DNA of 26,532 nucleotides from a virus (lineage: Duplodnaviria; Caudoviricetes): IMG/VR virus record IMGVR_UViG_3300020161_003833, positions 1-26,532 of that record, one strand, 5' to 3'. Below the pieces are notes generated by a model. That model did no database searches. It had not been told where the DNA came from and saw only the letters and a program-made list of their open reading frames with translations. Both the position numbers and the translations under genes were made by a program. Each line of letters opens with the position of its first letter. The first letter of the stretch is position 1. Positions 8,326 to 17,583 of the stretch are shown one piece after another.

Positions 8326-10314
8326 GTGGAAAAAGAAACATTTTATACATCAACCAATCCGCAAAAAAACGAAGCTCTTTTAAATCACGCTAAAGCAATG
8401 TCTTCTGTAAACCCAGACCAAATGGCTTTTGGCGGCTTCTATACCAATGTAGAGGATGGTATCTCCGTAAGACCTCCTTTTACAAGAAAAGCATGGGAAA
8501 GATTTAGACCAAATGAAAGAATCCCGTCTAAAGATACTGAAATAATGACGGCTTGTAGAGAAGCTTACGAAAGCGTGGGAGTAATAAGGTCTGTAATTGA
8601 TCTTATGACCGAAATAGCTGTAGAAGGAATAGAACTAGTAAGTGAAAATGAAAATATACAGAACTTTTTTAAGCAGTGGTCGGAAAAGGTTGGGTTAAAA
8701 GAACGGTCGGAAAGATTTGCTAATTACTTTGTGGTAGAAGGAAACGTTGTCGTTGGAAGAAAATTTGAGTCAATTGATGTTCCTGCGGTCAGACGAATGA
8801 AAAGGGATTCTGTGAATGCCGCGGTAAAATCAAAAATTCCTTTAGAATATGTTTTTTATGATCCGCAAACAATATCTTTGGTTGGCGGCGAACTAGCTAT
8901 TTTTTCAGGAGTTAAAAGATGGGCTGTTAGATTTAGTTCAAAAAACCTGGCTCATTTTAGAGGGTTAGTTAAAAAAGAAGGGGAATCAGCACTTTCAAAT
9001 TTTCCAAAAGAGATTAAAAACGCCATACTAAATAGTAAGGGTAATGGAGATATTTTAATTCCACTAGATGAGGATTCTGTTTATGTTGCACATTATAAAA
9101 AGAAAGACAGCGATATTTGGGCAAAAAGTTTTATTTACAGTATTTTACATGACGTTATTTATAACGAAAAATTAAGAATGGCAAAGATTAGCGCCTTAGA
9201 TAGCTGGTATAATTCAGTTCGTCTTTGGCGGTTGGGTGATCATAAAGAAGAAATTCTTCCTGATTTAGGGTCTATAGTCAGACTTTCTAACGTTTTAGAA
9301 AATCATAGCGGTGGTACTTTAGACATCATTTGGGATTCAATGTTAACATACGATCAATATTTTCCTCCAATAGAAAAACTAGAAAATTTTACTGAAAACT
9401 ATGAATCAATGCTTTTAGGTCTTGGTGTTCATAAAAGTTTAATTGGAGGTACCACAGGATCTAGCGGATCAAACGATTCTTTTATGGGCTTAAGAAATCT
9501 CATGAAAAGGATAGACGGAATAAGAAGAGCTATTACAGATTGGGTCAATGAAGAAGTTTCTATGATTTGTGAGGAGTTGTCATTCCAAACAAAACCAAAA
9601 ATAAAATTTAACGTTGACAATCTGTTTGATCAGCCTAGCTACTTTAAACTACTCACGGAACTGAACGACCGAAATGTCATATCAAATCAAACTATAGTTG
9701 AGAAAATAGGTGAAATGTGGGATATAGAAAAGGCTAGGATTGACACTGAAGAAAAATCTAGAAAAGAAGGTTTGGTTTCTGAAAAACTCAGTCCGTTCAT
9801 TCAGACTAAAATTTCTGAAAGCAATCATAAGAAAAACAAAGAGCTAATTAATCTAAAAATAGAAAGTCCTTCTCCAATAGCTAAGAAACAAGACCCTATT
9901 AAGGAGGCTGGTAGACCAAGCGGGTCAAAAGATACAGTTAAAAGAAAAGTTTCAAAAAGAATTAGGGCGCAGCATTTAGATGCAGCTTCTAAGTTTCACA
10001 ACAAAGTTGAAGAGGTCTTAGAAGGATATTATTTAAGTAAGTTTGGTATAAATAACAAAAGACAATTAACTTCAGCGCAAAGATTTGAGCTAGATACGGC
10101 TAAAGATCGCGTTCTCGCCATTTTTAATGGTAAAGATTTAAATGATAAAGAAATATTAGATATTTCCATGTCAGATTCTAATGAATATGAAAACTTTAAA
10201 GTAATTTTACAAAAAGAAGTTAAAAAATTAGAATCACCAAATGTGTCTAGTATTAAAGTGCTGAAAAATTTTATAATTGCTAATAAATTGGCGAAAGTGT
10301 ATAAAAACACATGA
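8326..10314 (+). CDS. Portal protein
   Basis: Position between terL and protease. AYESVGVIRSVIDLMTE, YFVVEGNVVV, P.EYVFYDP and C-terminal GRPSG features are typical of portals. Confidence 0.85.
   Translation: MEKETFYTSTNPQKNEALLNHAKAMSSVNPDQMAFGGFYTNVEDGISVRPPFTRKAWERFRPNERIPSKDTEIMTACREAYESVGVIRSVIDLMTEIAVEGIELVSENENIQNFFKQWSEKVGLKERSERFANYFVVEGNVVVGRKFESIDVPAVRRMKRDSVNAAVKSKIPLEYVFYDPQTISLVGGELAIFSGVKRWAVRFSSKNLAHFRGLVKKEGESALSNFPKEIKNAILNSKGNGDILIPLDEDSVYVAHYKKKDSDIWAKSFIYSILHDVIYNEKLRMAKISALDSWYNSVRLWRLGDHKEEILPDLGSIVRLSNVLENHSGGTLDIIWDSMLTYDQYFPPIEKLENFTENYESMLLGLGVHKSLIGGTTGSSGSNDSFMGLRNLMKRIDGIRRAITDWVNEEVSMICEELSFQTKPKIKFNVDNLFDQPSYFKLLTELNDRNVISNQTIVEKIGEMWDIEKARIDTEEKSRKEGLVSEKLSPFIQTKISESNHKKNKELINLKIESPSPIAKKQDPIKEAGRPSGSKDTVKRKVSKRIRAQHLDAASKFHNKVEEVLEGYYLSKFGINNKRQLTSAQRFELDTAKDRVLAIFNGKDLNDKEILDISMSDSNEYENFKVILQKEVKKLESPNVSSIKVLKNFIIANKLAKVYKNT
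10297..10302 (+). promoter_or_regulatory. GTGTAT putative late promoter box for protease
   Basis: 8 nt upstream of ATG 10311 with no SD sequence. Confidence 0.55.
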
Positions 10315-12314
10315 AAGTTTTCAGTTCAGAAAAGCATATAGAACACAAAATATTAAATAATAGAATTACTGCGGACGCTAGTTTAATTTTAAATACCTCT
10401 GCTGACGCAAAAAATTTAGCCACAGCTTGTCAGGGCAATGCCTGCGCAATGTCAGCATTAGCTGGGGCTGAATGGAAAATAACGGATGATGTAATGCCAA
10501 TATCTTCTATATTGGTCACAGATATTTGGAATGCAAATGGTGATCTTTTTACCGCAGAGGAAATAGTCAAGGCTTCTGAAACCCCAATTTTTAAACCAAT
10601 AAATTGGATGCACAGGGGATCTGAAGACAGTGAAAATGAAAATATTGGCGTAATGGTAAAAGCCGCTTTAGTTAACGGTGACTTGCCAACAATAGATTTC
10701 ATGACTGATGAAATAAAAAATAATTACCTTTCTTCGACTAACAAGACTACATCAGGCAGAGTGCATATAAAACAAGACGGCTTGATCTGGGCTCAATATT
10801 TTCCATCTTACGCTGAAAAGATACAAGCAGGAATAAAGAAACAAAATCTGTATGTATCAATGGAGTGCTTTTTCGAAGACTTTGGCTACTGTCTTAGAAA
10901 AAACGAAGACGACGATAACACTATCTACATAGATAGAAATGAAGAAACAGCCCATATGTCTGACGATCTTGTTGCGTATGGAGGAAAAGGCTATACAAAA
11001 TACGAAGGTAAAAAATACCAAATAGGTAGATGGCTAAAGAATATCATATTCTCTGGCCAAGGTATTGTTGTGGAGCCTGCAAATAAAAGAAAGGGTAAAA
11101 TTTTGAGTATTATTATTGAAAACAAAACTTCTGCAGCACTTGTTGATTCTAGTTCGGTAACAACTACGCCTTCCTCTCCGCCATCTTCTGCGGTACCAAT
11201 ACCAACATTTCAGGCTGCTAACTCTCCTATAAATACAAATGAAATATCGACTAACCCTGACGCCCAGCTTTCTCAGCCAAGTATGAATCAGGATCCAAAC
11301 AAAGTTGCAGATATAGCTACTAAGCCTAAAACAGAAGTTTTACCTGCTGATGGTTTATTATTTTACTCAAAAAAAGAAGCTGAAGAAGTTGGTAAAATAG
11401 AATTAGGCTGCACAGGAGCCCATTTGTATCAATCGGATAGACATTCTGACCAGCCGTTTTTATATGCCGCTCTTATGGGTGATCCCTCAGATTTAGAACA
11501 GCAGATGAAGATTCCTATGTATAGACCTTGTGCAGATGAGAGAGAGCTTAGGTTCTTACTTCAAGAATTAGCCAAAAAGGGGGTCACTACATTGATGCGT
11601 GGTGGAAAGATTGAGCAAACACAGACGACATCTTTTCAGCCTAGCGTTCCTGGAGGAGCTGGCGATTTACCTTCAAATCAATCTAGTTATATAATAAATA
11701 CAGGAATCCCTCAACAAGGCCCTTTCTACGGTAGAGGCGAAAAATCACAAGGTTTAAATAATGCTGAAAATTTAGTGTATAATCAAAATGGAGCTAAAAT
11801 AATGACTGATATAACAGAAAATGAAATCGTAGATTCTATTGATAATGCAGTAGAAATAATTAATAAGTTAAGAAAAGAGAATAATAACTATAAACACGCT
11901 GTTGAGACAGCTACGGCTCATATAAATGTTTTGAACCAAGAGCTTAAAAGTTACAAAGAATTCTCAGATGAAGTAGAAATCATAGCTGATAAGGCCTACG
12001 CAAATAAGATTGGTCATAATAGACTAAAAGAGATGAAGACTCTAGTTGGTGATGAATATACCAACTCTGATGTTGCCGAGCTCGCCTCTTTAGACGAGAA
12101 GGCGTATGCCGCTCTGAAAAATGCTGTGACAAAAATAAGTAAAACCATAGACCGTGAGCTTGATGATGCCAATAGAGTAAAAGCGGCCCAAGTTGCGGTT
12201 CAAAGAGCTAAGTTAAGAGCCACAGCTAATTTAATTGTTGCTCCGACTCCTGAGATAAAAGTTAATCCAGCAGAAACTCTAATCGGTTTCACTATGAATA
12301 AAAAGCGTAGATAA
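10311..12314 (+). CDS. Prohead protease-scaffold fusion protein
   Basis: N-terminal protease-like motifs (NANGDLF, KPINWMH, VSMEC, FSGQGIVVEPAN), an S/T/P-rich linker and a C-terminal coiled coil. Located between portal and capsid genes. Confidence 0.75.
   Translation: MKVFSSEKHIEHKILNNRITADASLILNTSADAKNLATACQGNACAMSALAGAEWKITDDVMPISSILVTDIWNANGDLFTAEEIVKASETPIFKPINWMHRGSEDSENENIGVMVKAALVNGDLPTIDFMTDEIKNNYLSSTNKTTSGRVHIKQDGLIWAQYFPSYAEKIQAGIKKQNLYVSMECFFEDFGYCLRKNEDDDNTIYIDRNEETAHMSDDLVAYGGKGYTKYEGKKYQIGRWLKNIIFSGQGIVVEPANKRKGKILSIIIENKTSAALVDSSSVTTTPSSPPSSAVPIPTFQAANSPINTNEISTNPDAQLSQPSMNQDPNKVADIATKPKTEVLPADGLLFYSKKEAEEVGKIELGCTGAHLYQSDRHSDQPFLYAALMGDPSDLEQQMKIPMYRPCADERELRFLLQELAKKGVTTLMRGGKIEQTQTTSFQPSVPGGAGDLPSNQSSYIINTGIPQQGPFYGRGEKSQGLNNAENLVYNQNGAKIMTDITENEIVDSIDNAVEIINKLRKENNNYKHAVETATAHINVLNQELKSYKEFSDEVEIIADKAYANKIGHNRLKEMKTLVGDEYTNSDVAELASLDEKAYAALKNAVTKISKTIDRELDDANRVKAAQVAVQRAKLRATANLIVAPTPEIKVNPAETLIGFTMNKKRR
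11775..11793 (+). promoter_or_regulatory. Internal GTGTATAAT box and GGAG RBS
   Basis: Upstream of in-frame ATG 11802. Confidence 0.55.
11802..12314 (+). CDS. Nested in-frame scaffolding protein (170 aa)
   Basis: In-frame Met498 with GGAG 8 nt upstream and its own GTGTAT box. The product is helical/coiled-coil. Confidence 0.55.
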   Translation: MTDITENEIVDSIDNAVEIINKLRKENNNYKHAVETATAHINVLNQELKSYKEFSDEVEIIADKAYANKIGHNRLKEMKTLVGDEYTNSDVAELASLDEKAYAALKNAVTKISKTIDRELDDANRVKAAQVAVQRAKLRATANLIVAPTPEIKVNPAETLIGFTMNKKRR

Positions 12315-12333
12315 TTTTAGTTTTTTAAAATTT

Positions 12334-12339
12334 GTGTAT
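12334..12339 (+). promoter_or_regulatory. GTGTAT putative late promoter box for decoration/capsid genes
   Basis: TTTGTGTATA is intergenic, followed by AAGG RBS and ATG 12360. Confidence 0.6.
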
Positions 12340-12359
12340 AAAAATAAAAGGTAAAAAAA

Positions 12360-12881
12360 ATGGCATTAAAACCCGATAGAAACATAGTAGATGAAGATAT
12401 TTCGTTCTTTGCCGCGACTGGTTGGGCTTATGGCTCAAACAGAGGCGGCATTGTTGTCCCAACAGGTAACACCGCGTCAGGTCCTTCAGGCGCCGCCATG
12501 GACCAGTCTCAAAACCAAGTCTGGTACTCGCTAGTACCGATATTCGCTTCAGGCTCAAGACCATTAGGAGTTCTTATGAACGATGTTGTTAACATCGATC
12601 TCACAAGACAGACTCTTAATCCATACAAGAGCGAAGCCCAGGTTGGTGACAAGGTGCTTATTGCTAAGAAAGGTTACGTTGTGACCAATCAAGTTTACCC
12701 AACGACCGGCATATCAGTTGGTGGTAAAGCGTATCTAGGCCCTTCTGGGTACATATCACCCAATAGCGGAGTTCTTGTCGGAACATGGGGAGCTGCAAAT
12801 AGCACTCTAGCCCCAGAGGTAGGTAAATTCTTATCTTTACCAGACGAAGACGGTTATTGCAAAGTTTACATTGATTTATAA
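12360..12881 (+). CDS. Capsid decoration/cement protein
   Basis: Gly-rich beta protein immediately upstream of the major capsid gene (PLGVLMNDV, GDKVLIAKKGYV, GGKAYLGPSG, VGKFLS). Confidence 0.65.
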   Translation: MALKPDRNIVDEDISFFAATGWAYGSNRGGIVVPTGNTASGPSGAAMDQSQNQVWYSLVPIFASGSRPLGVLMNDVVNIDLTRQTLNPYKSEAQVGDKVLIAKKGYVVTNQVYPTTGISVGGKAYLGPSGYISPNSGVLVGTWGAANSTLAPEVGKFLSLPDEDGYCKVYIDL

Positions 12882-12901
12882 TCTAAAAGGAAGTAAAAAA
12901 C

Positions 12902-13963
12902 ATGGCAAATTCAATAAAAGCAAGTGTAGATACAAACGAATTAACCACAGAAGCTAAACAGCTTCTTATGAATGCTGGTAGTAATGATAAGAATGTAGCT
13001 TTAAGAGCTCAGGCTTCAATTGCTAAAGGCATAGCGGCTGCTCTTAATGAGCATACCGTTGCAGTTGAAGGTCCAATCCGAGAAGGTATTCTTGATGGTG
13101 ATATCGTATCAGACATCTTCGTAACTGAAGATTTCACTGAAACCACCGACTTAAGAATTCCTCTTGACCTTCTCGCTCCAGGCACTGAAAAAGAGCATGT
13201 CGCTTATGTTATTCCAGATCATGGAAAAATCCCAATGCGCAGAGTCGAGGCCGACTACATTCAGTTGAACACCTATTCAATTGGTAGCTCAATCGATTGC
13301 ACCCGCAGATTCTTAAAGCACGCTAGATACGATGTTTTAAGAAGAATGATAGAAGTTCTCAACATGTCATTTGTTAAGAAAAATAATGATGACGGTTGGC
13401 AAACTCTTCTCGCTGCTGCACAAGGTCGTGGCATCTTAGCTTATGATTCAGATGCTGCGGCTGGCTCGTTTAGCCCTAAGCTGATCAGTCTTATGAAGAC
13501 TGTAGTCAGACGAAACGGTGGCGGTAACTCAACTAGCACCGCTCGTAAAAAGCTCACCGACCTTTACATGTCTCCAGAAGCTTTTGAAGACATGTCGGCA
13601 TGGGGTCTTGGTCAAGTTTCTGACGACATCAGAACTCAGATTCAAAGAAGCGAAGAAGGTGCTGTTCGCGGTATGTATGGCGTAAACTTCCACGACCTTG
13701 ATGAGCTTGGTGTTGGTCAGGAATATCAGCTTTATTACTCAAGCACTCTCAGTGGTTCGTTAGGTCCGTCTTCAGACGAAGAATTAGTTGTTGGTTTAGA
13801 TCTCTCTAGCCCAGACAAATGCTTTATTCACCCAGTAAGTCAAGAGATTGAAATTACCGAAGATGAAAATCTTCATAGACACGGTCTCGTAGGCTTCTAC
13901 GGCTCGATGGAAGGTGGATGGGCAGTTCTAGACGTAAGAAACGTTTTAGCTGGCTCATTCTAA
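12902..13963 (+). CDS. Major capsid protein (HK97 fold)
   Basis: 353 aa, gene position, high-expression-like codon usage, AAGGA RBS and following terminator. Motifs ARYDVLRR, LYMSPE and GLVGFYG.MEGGWAVLD. Confidence 0.85.
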   Translation: MANSIKASVDTNELTTEAKQLLMNAGSNDKNVALRAQASIAKGIAAALNEHTVAVEGPIREGILDGDIVSDIFVTEDFTETTDLRIPLDLLAPGTEKEHVAYVIPDHGKIPMRRVEADYIQLNTYSIGSSIDCTRRFLKHARYDVLRRMIEVLNMSFVKKNNDDGWQTLLAAAQGRGILAYDSDAAAGSFSPKLISLMKTVVRRNGGGNSTSTARKKLTDLYMSPEAFEDMSAWGLGQVSDDIRTQIQRSEEGAVRGMYGVNFHDLDELGVGQEYQLYYSSTLSGSLGPSSDEELVVGLDLSSPDKCFIHPVSQEIEITEDENLHRHGLVGFYGSMEGGWAVLDVRNVLAGSF

Positions 13964-13982
13964 TCAGACTAGATTTATGGAA

Positions 13983-14015
13983 AAGACCCCTGCTTTCGAG
14001 CGGGGGTTTTCTTTT
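13983..14015 (+). terminator. Rho-independent terminator after MCP
   Basis: AGACCCCTGCT-TTCG-AGCGGGGGTTT stem-loop followed by TCTTTT. Confidence 0.85.
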
Positions 14016-14021
14016 GTGTAT
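14016..14021 (+). promoter_or_regulatory. GTGTAT putative late promoter box
   Basis: Directly after the terminator, 8 nt before ATG 14030, with no SD sequence. Confidence 0.6.
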
Positions 14022-14029
14022 TTAAATTT

Positions 14030-14500
14030 ATGGCATTAGCATATACAAAAAGTGGAATAACCCCAACATCCAACGCTGCTTTTTTAGGTCACGGGCCTTT
14101 AAATCATCCTTCTGTTACTGTAGGTCAAACTGGTGTTTTCACTGAGACTCCTACTGGCTACAATTTTTCTAGAGCCACAAAAAGAGTACCATTTTCTCTC
14201 GGTACGGGAATGGTTGTTCCTACAACTGGCAGATTTATTTTTGATAGTTCTCTTGCTGGTGGCAGCGGCCCTTTCTATAAACTAGTTGTTATTAACAATG
14301 GCTCCAACACAATCTATGTTGGAATCAATTCAGCTACTGGCGGAATGCCAATTTCTAACGGATTACCAATAGCGAGTGGAGAGAGCTATGAATTTGGAGG
14401 GATTGGTGCAGATGCTTTAAGAAATGCTTGGGCGAGAACAGAATCCGCAACAGGTGCGGTCCAGGCTTTTGCTCAATATGACAACTTTGGTATACTATAA
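14030..14500 (+). CDS. Putative virion structural protein (beta-rich)
   Basis: G/T/S-rich, with pattern LVVINNGSNTIYVG...NGLPIASGES. Located in the head module. Confidence 0.5.
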   Translation: MALAYTKSGITPTSNAAFLGHGPLNHPSVTVGQTGVFTETPTGYNFSRATKRVPFSLGTGMVVPTTGRFIFDSSLAGGSGPFYKLVVINNGSNTIYVGINSATGGMPISNGLPIASGESYEFGGIGADALRNAWARTESATGAVQAFAQYDNFGIL

Positions 14501-15021
14501 TGGCTACATACTCAACACTGATTAACGGTCTTAGATATTATATTGGTGATATAAGCACTCCGTATACATATTCTGACTTTGATTTAAATCAGTTTGTGGT
14601 ATTAGCGGCTCAAGCCACTGTTTCAGAATTAACAGTAATGCCAACGACTTACACTGTTAACTTAAACACTTTAACAATAAATCCAGATCCTATGTCAGAC
14701 ACATCCAACAAAGGTCTTGCGAATCTTTTTATATTAAAAGCAGCGGTCATTTTATCAATGTCTGAAGCGAGAAAAGATGTGGCAAAATACGGTGTCAGAA
14801 TTAAAGACGATTTAACATCTTATGATGGAACTGCCGCATTAAAAGGCAGACAAGACGCATTAAAAGTTTATACTGAAAACTATGAAAAAACGAAGTGGGA
14901 CTGGGAGCGTGGCAATAAATTTGCTGGAAGAGCAATACTCGGTCCATACGAAAGCGCCGATCTTGGATATACGACAACCAACTTTACATATTACCCAGAA
15001 TACGGGCCATCTAGGAGATAA
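14500..15021 (+). CDS. Head-tail adaptor protein
   Basis: LRYYIGD...YTYSDFDL..F pattern typical of gp6/gp15-like adaptors, plus synteny. Confidence 0.65.
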   Translation: MATYSTLINGLRYYIGDISTPYTYSDFDLNQFVVLAAQATVSELTVMPTTYTVNLNTLTINPDPMSDTSNKGLANLFILKAAVILSMSEARKDVAKYGVRIKDDLTSYDGTAALKGRQDALKVYTENYEKTKWDWERGNKFAGRAILGPYESADLGYTTTNFTYYPEYGPSRR

Positions 15022-15023
15022 TA

Positions 15024-15536
15024 TTGAGTTATATACCAAACGAAATAAAAGAATCTTGGAAAGAAATAGCCCAAGCTCTTTTGGATTCAGATGGTGGCTT
15101 GGGAAATAAATGCAAGCTTTATTTTCAAAATGAAATAATACCAAACGCCAATAAAGGATTTGTGGACACGGCTAGCTCAAAACCTAGATTCATGCCTAGC
15201 TACGGTGGTTTAAGCACCCCAAACACAATGCCTGGATATGAAGACTCCGCTTTCACTTCCGCTAGCGGTTTTTATCAAAACGAAAATTTCAAGACAATAT
15301 ACGGTAAAATATATGGAAATCCAAAAGACTTTGATAACGCCGTGTTTGCTCAAGGTTCTACAAATATTTGGAAATTAGTTTGTGATAAAAAATACATACC
15401 AGACATAATGCGCGCTTCATATGCAGTTTTTTATGCAGACTCCGACAAAGAGTTTAAAACCAAACTCACAAGACCTCCTGTTACATATGGTTTAGGACTA
15501 GATGTAAACGCGATGTCTTATTGGACTGATTTCTAA
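15024..15536 (+). CDS. Putative head closure (stopper) protein
   Basis: Synteny after the adaptor. TTG start with AGGAG RBS. Confidence 0.5.
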   Translation: MSYIPNEIKESWKEIAQALLDSDGGLGNKCKLYFQNEIIPNANKGFVDTASSKPRFMPSYGGLSTPNTMPGYEDSAFTSASGFYQNENFKTIYGKIYGNPKDFDNAVFAQGSTNIWKLVCDKKYIPDIMRASYAVFYADSDKEFKTKLTRPPVTYGLGLDVNAMSYWTDF

Positions 15537-16609
15537 TGGCTAGAGAAGCTAATATAAAAATTGATATAGACGTTAAAAGCGCCGCGACTTCTGCTGAAAT
15601 AAAAAAAGCGATTTCGGGCATTTTTGGCTCTAAGGAAATAAAAGACAGTATACTTCGTAATGTTTGTAAACTGTGTTCTCCTAGAATGAGTAAAGCTGCA
15701 AATAAATACATTTCTAGATACGTTTTGCCTAAAATAACAAAACACCCAAATATAGACTTTACAAAACCAGAAAACGTGGATTATAGAGGGGCTTTAGGTA
15801 TACCTAAAAGATTCAATTATCAAAAATTACGAAGATATTTCGATAAAGCCTATTACTTAAACGTAACAGCTTGTGGCTCTTCGGGAACTTCAATTTCATT
15901 TGTAGAAGCTAAGATTAAAGAAATCGCAGAGGCATCATATAGGTATACTAGTTTCAAAACAGGTGGGAGAAAAAGAGTATCTAAAAGATTTTGGTTAAAA
16001 GAAGCTGATTTAGGTGTAACTGACGTAGCTTCTGGCTTTCAAGTTTTCCCAGGGCCTGGTGAAACATTAGAAGATTTAGGCCCCTCGGAATCTGGCTCGT
16101 TCGGCAAATATAGTAGGTCTGGAACCCACATTATGATCCCAGGAGGTTATTATGATCCTAATGAGTGGAGACCTGAACCAGAAGCTGAGGGAGTAATAGA
16201 AAGCACGTTCAAGAAATATTTACCAAACATAGAAAGAGCCGCCCTGAGAGCTGTTCCACCTTGCATTAAACAAGTTAAAAGAAACTTAGCTTTAGCCATT
16301 CAAAGAGCTCAGAAGTCTTTGCAGTCCAAGGCTAAGACGATAGGAGGATTAGGTTCAGGAGCTCCAGGAAGTGACGCTTCTTATGATGCTAGAAGTAGCA
16401 ATCAGCAAAAAACTGCTGGATTCGACACAGAGGTTGATGAGCTGGCTAATAAAGTAGCCAACGTGTCTTTTGATGAGCAGTTACAAACTGTTTCTAAATT
16501 CACAGGGGCTGGAGTTGAAAGACTAAGGGTTCAAATTATTCAATCAGCTAAAATTTCAGGTGTATCACCTTCAGACTATTTAAACAATCTAATTAAAACT
16601 TTAAAGTAG
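15536..16609 (+). CDS. Putative neck/tail-completion protein
   Basis: Basic protein between stopper and tail terminator, TAATG-coupled. Function inferred from synteny only. Confidence 0.4.
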   Translation: MAREANIKIDIDVKSAATSAEIKKAISGIFGSKEIKDSILRNVCKLCSPRMSKAANKYISRYVLPKITKHPNIDFTKPENVDYRGALGIPKRFNYQKLRRYFDKAYYLNVTACGSSGTSISFVEAKIKEIAEASYRYTSFKTGGRKRVSKRFWLKEADLGVTDVASGFQVFPGPGETLEDLGPSESGSFGKYSRSGTHIMIPGGYYDPNEWRPEPEAEGVIESTFKKYLPNIERAALRAVPPCIKQVKRNLALAIQRAQKSLQSKAKTIGGLGSGAPGSDASYDARSSNQQKTAGFDTEVDELANKVANVSFDEQLQTVSKFTGAGVERLRVQIIQSAKISGVSPSDYLNNLIKTLK

Positions 16610-16617
16610 GAGAAATA

Positions 16618-17553
16618 ATGAGTATTTTTAGAGGAATTTCTTATTTTGGGCAACTGACTCCTAGGACAATAATAAGAGAAAATATTATTAATAGAATATC
16701 ACAATCTCTTATTGACGCTGGAGGATATTACAATTTTACTACTGGAATTATTGGTTATGACGGCTATTCTTTGGCTCAATTAAGACCTGCTTATAGGCAG
16801 GAGTTTAGTAACTTTAAATTCTGGGCCGGAAACAGCTCTAATTGGGTTTGGGAAACGCAAAATGCAACTTATACTGGTGGTCAGCCTCCTATAAGCGCAA
16901 GCGGCATATGGATATCTGGAATATTTTATCCTGAAAACAATGGCGGCGTTTATGATCACTACATAGATTATGCTAGAGGCGGAGTAGTTTTTACAAATCC
17001 AATGCCTTCAGGACTTAATGTTTTTTGCAATCATTCAGAGAGAGTTGGTTTTGTATATTCATCAATAGGTCCAGAATATAAAAGAATTTTTAATGCTCAC
17101 TTGAGGAATTGGAAAACCAATCCGCCAGGTTCTGGTTATGACGAATTACCAAACGAATTAAAAGCTTTTTTGCCAGCAGTTTTCGTAGATATTAGAAGAG
17201 ATAGTGGTGACCCGTACGAATTAGGTTCTTCTGTAAGACTAGATAGATTTAATGTGAGTTTCGATATTATTTCAGAAGATGTAATACTTCAAGATTTTTT
17301 AATAGATGCTTGCATGTCTTTACAGAACCAGACAATAATTGCTTATGACGCTACTAGGGTAAGAGATTCTGGTCTATATCCACTAGACTACAAAGGAAGG
17401 AAAAATCCTAGCGGTTTGTCTTTTTCAGATAGATCTTCTAATTATTTTTGGAAAAATCTAAAATTTGATGAACAGGCGTCAGAAATAGAGTCTTTTATAG
17501 CATTACCACTAATCCGTGGCGGTGTGGTAATGGATTTAGAGGTAATAATATGA
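16618..17553 (+). CDS. Putative tail terminator protein
   Basis: LPAVFVD...YELGS....F.VSFDIISE pattern, directly upstream of the tail tube. AGGAG RBS. Confidence 0.55.
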   Translation: MSIFRGISYFGQLTPRTIIRENIINRISQSLIDAGGYYNFTTGIIGYDGYSLAQLRPAYRQEFSNFKFWAGNSSNWVWETQNATYTGGQPPISASGIWISGIFYPENNGGVYDHYIDYARGGVVFTNPMPSGLNVFCNHSERVGFVYSSIGPEYKRIFNAHLRNWKTNPPGSGYDELPNELKAFLPAVFVDIRRDSGDPYELGSSVRLDRFNVSFDIISEDVILQDFLIDACMSLQNQTIIAYDATRVRDSGLYPLDYKGRKNPSGLSFSDRSSNYFWKNLKFDEQASEIESFIALPLIRGGVVMDLEVII

Positions 17554-17556
17554 ATT

Positions 17557-17562
17557 GTGTAT
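17557..17562 (+). promoter_or_regulatory. GTGTAT putative late promoter box for tail tube
   Basis: Intergenic TTGTGTAT, then AAGG, then ATG 17584. Confidence 0.6.
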
Positions 17563-17583
17563 TCTCTATAAGAAGATAAGGCC

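Noticed and set aside
5572-10702. Antisense or alternative-frame ORFs within terL, hydrolase, portal and protease (5572, 6662, 7649, 8084, 9429, 10029, 10430)
   Set aside because: Overlap well-supported genes and show non-coding-like composition.
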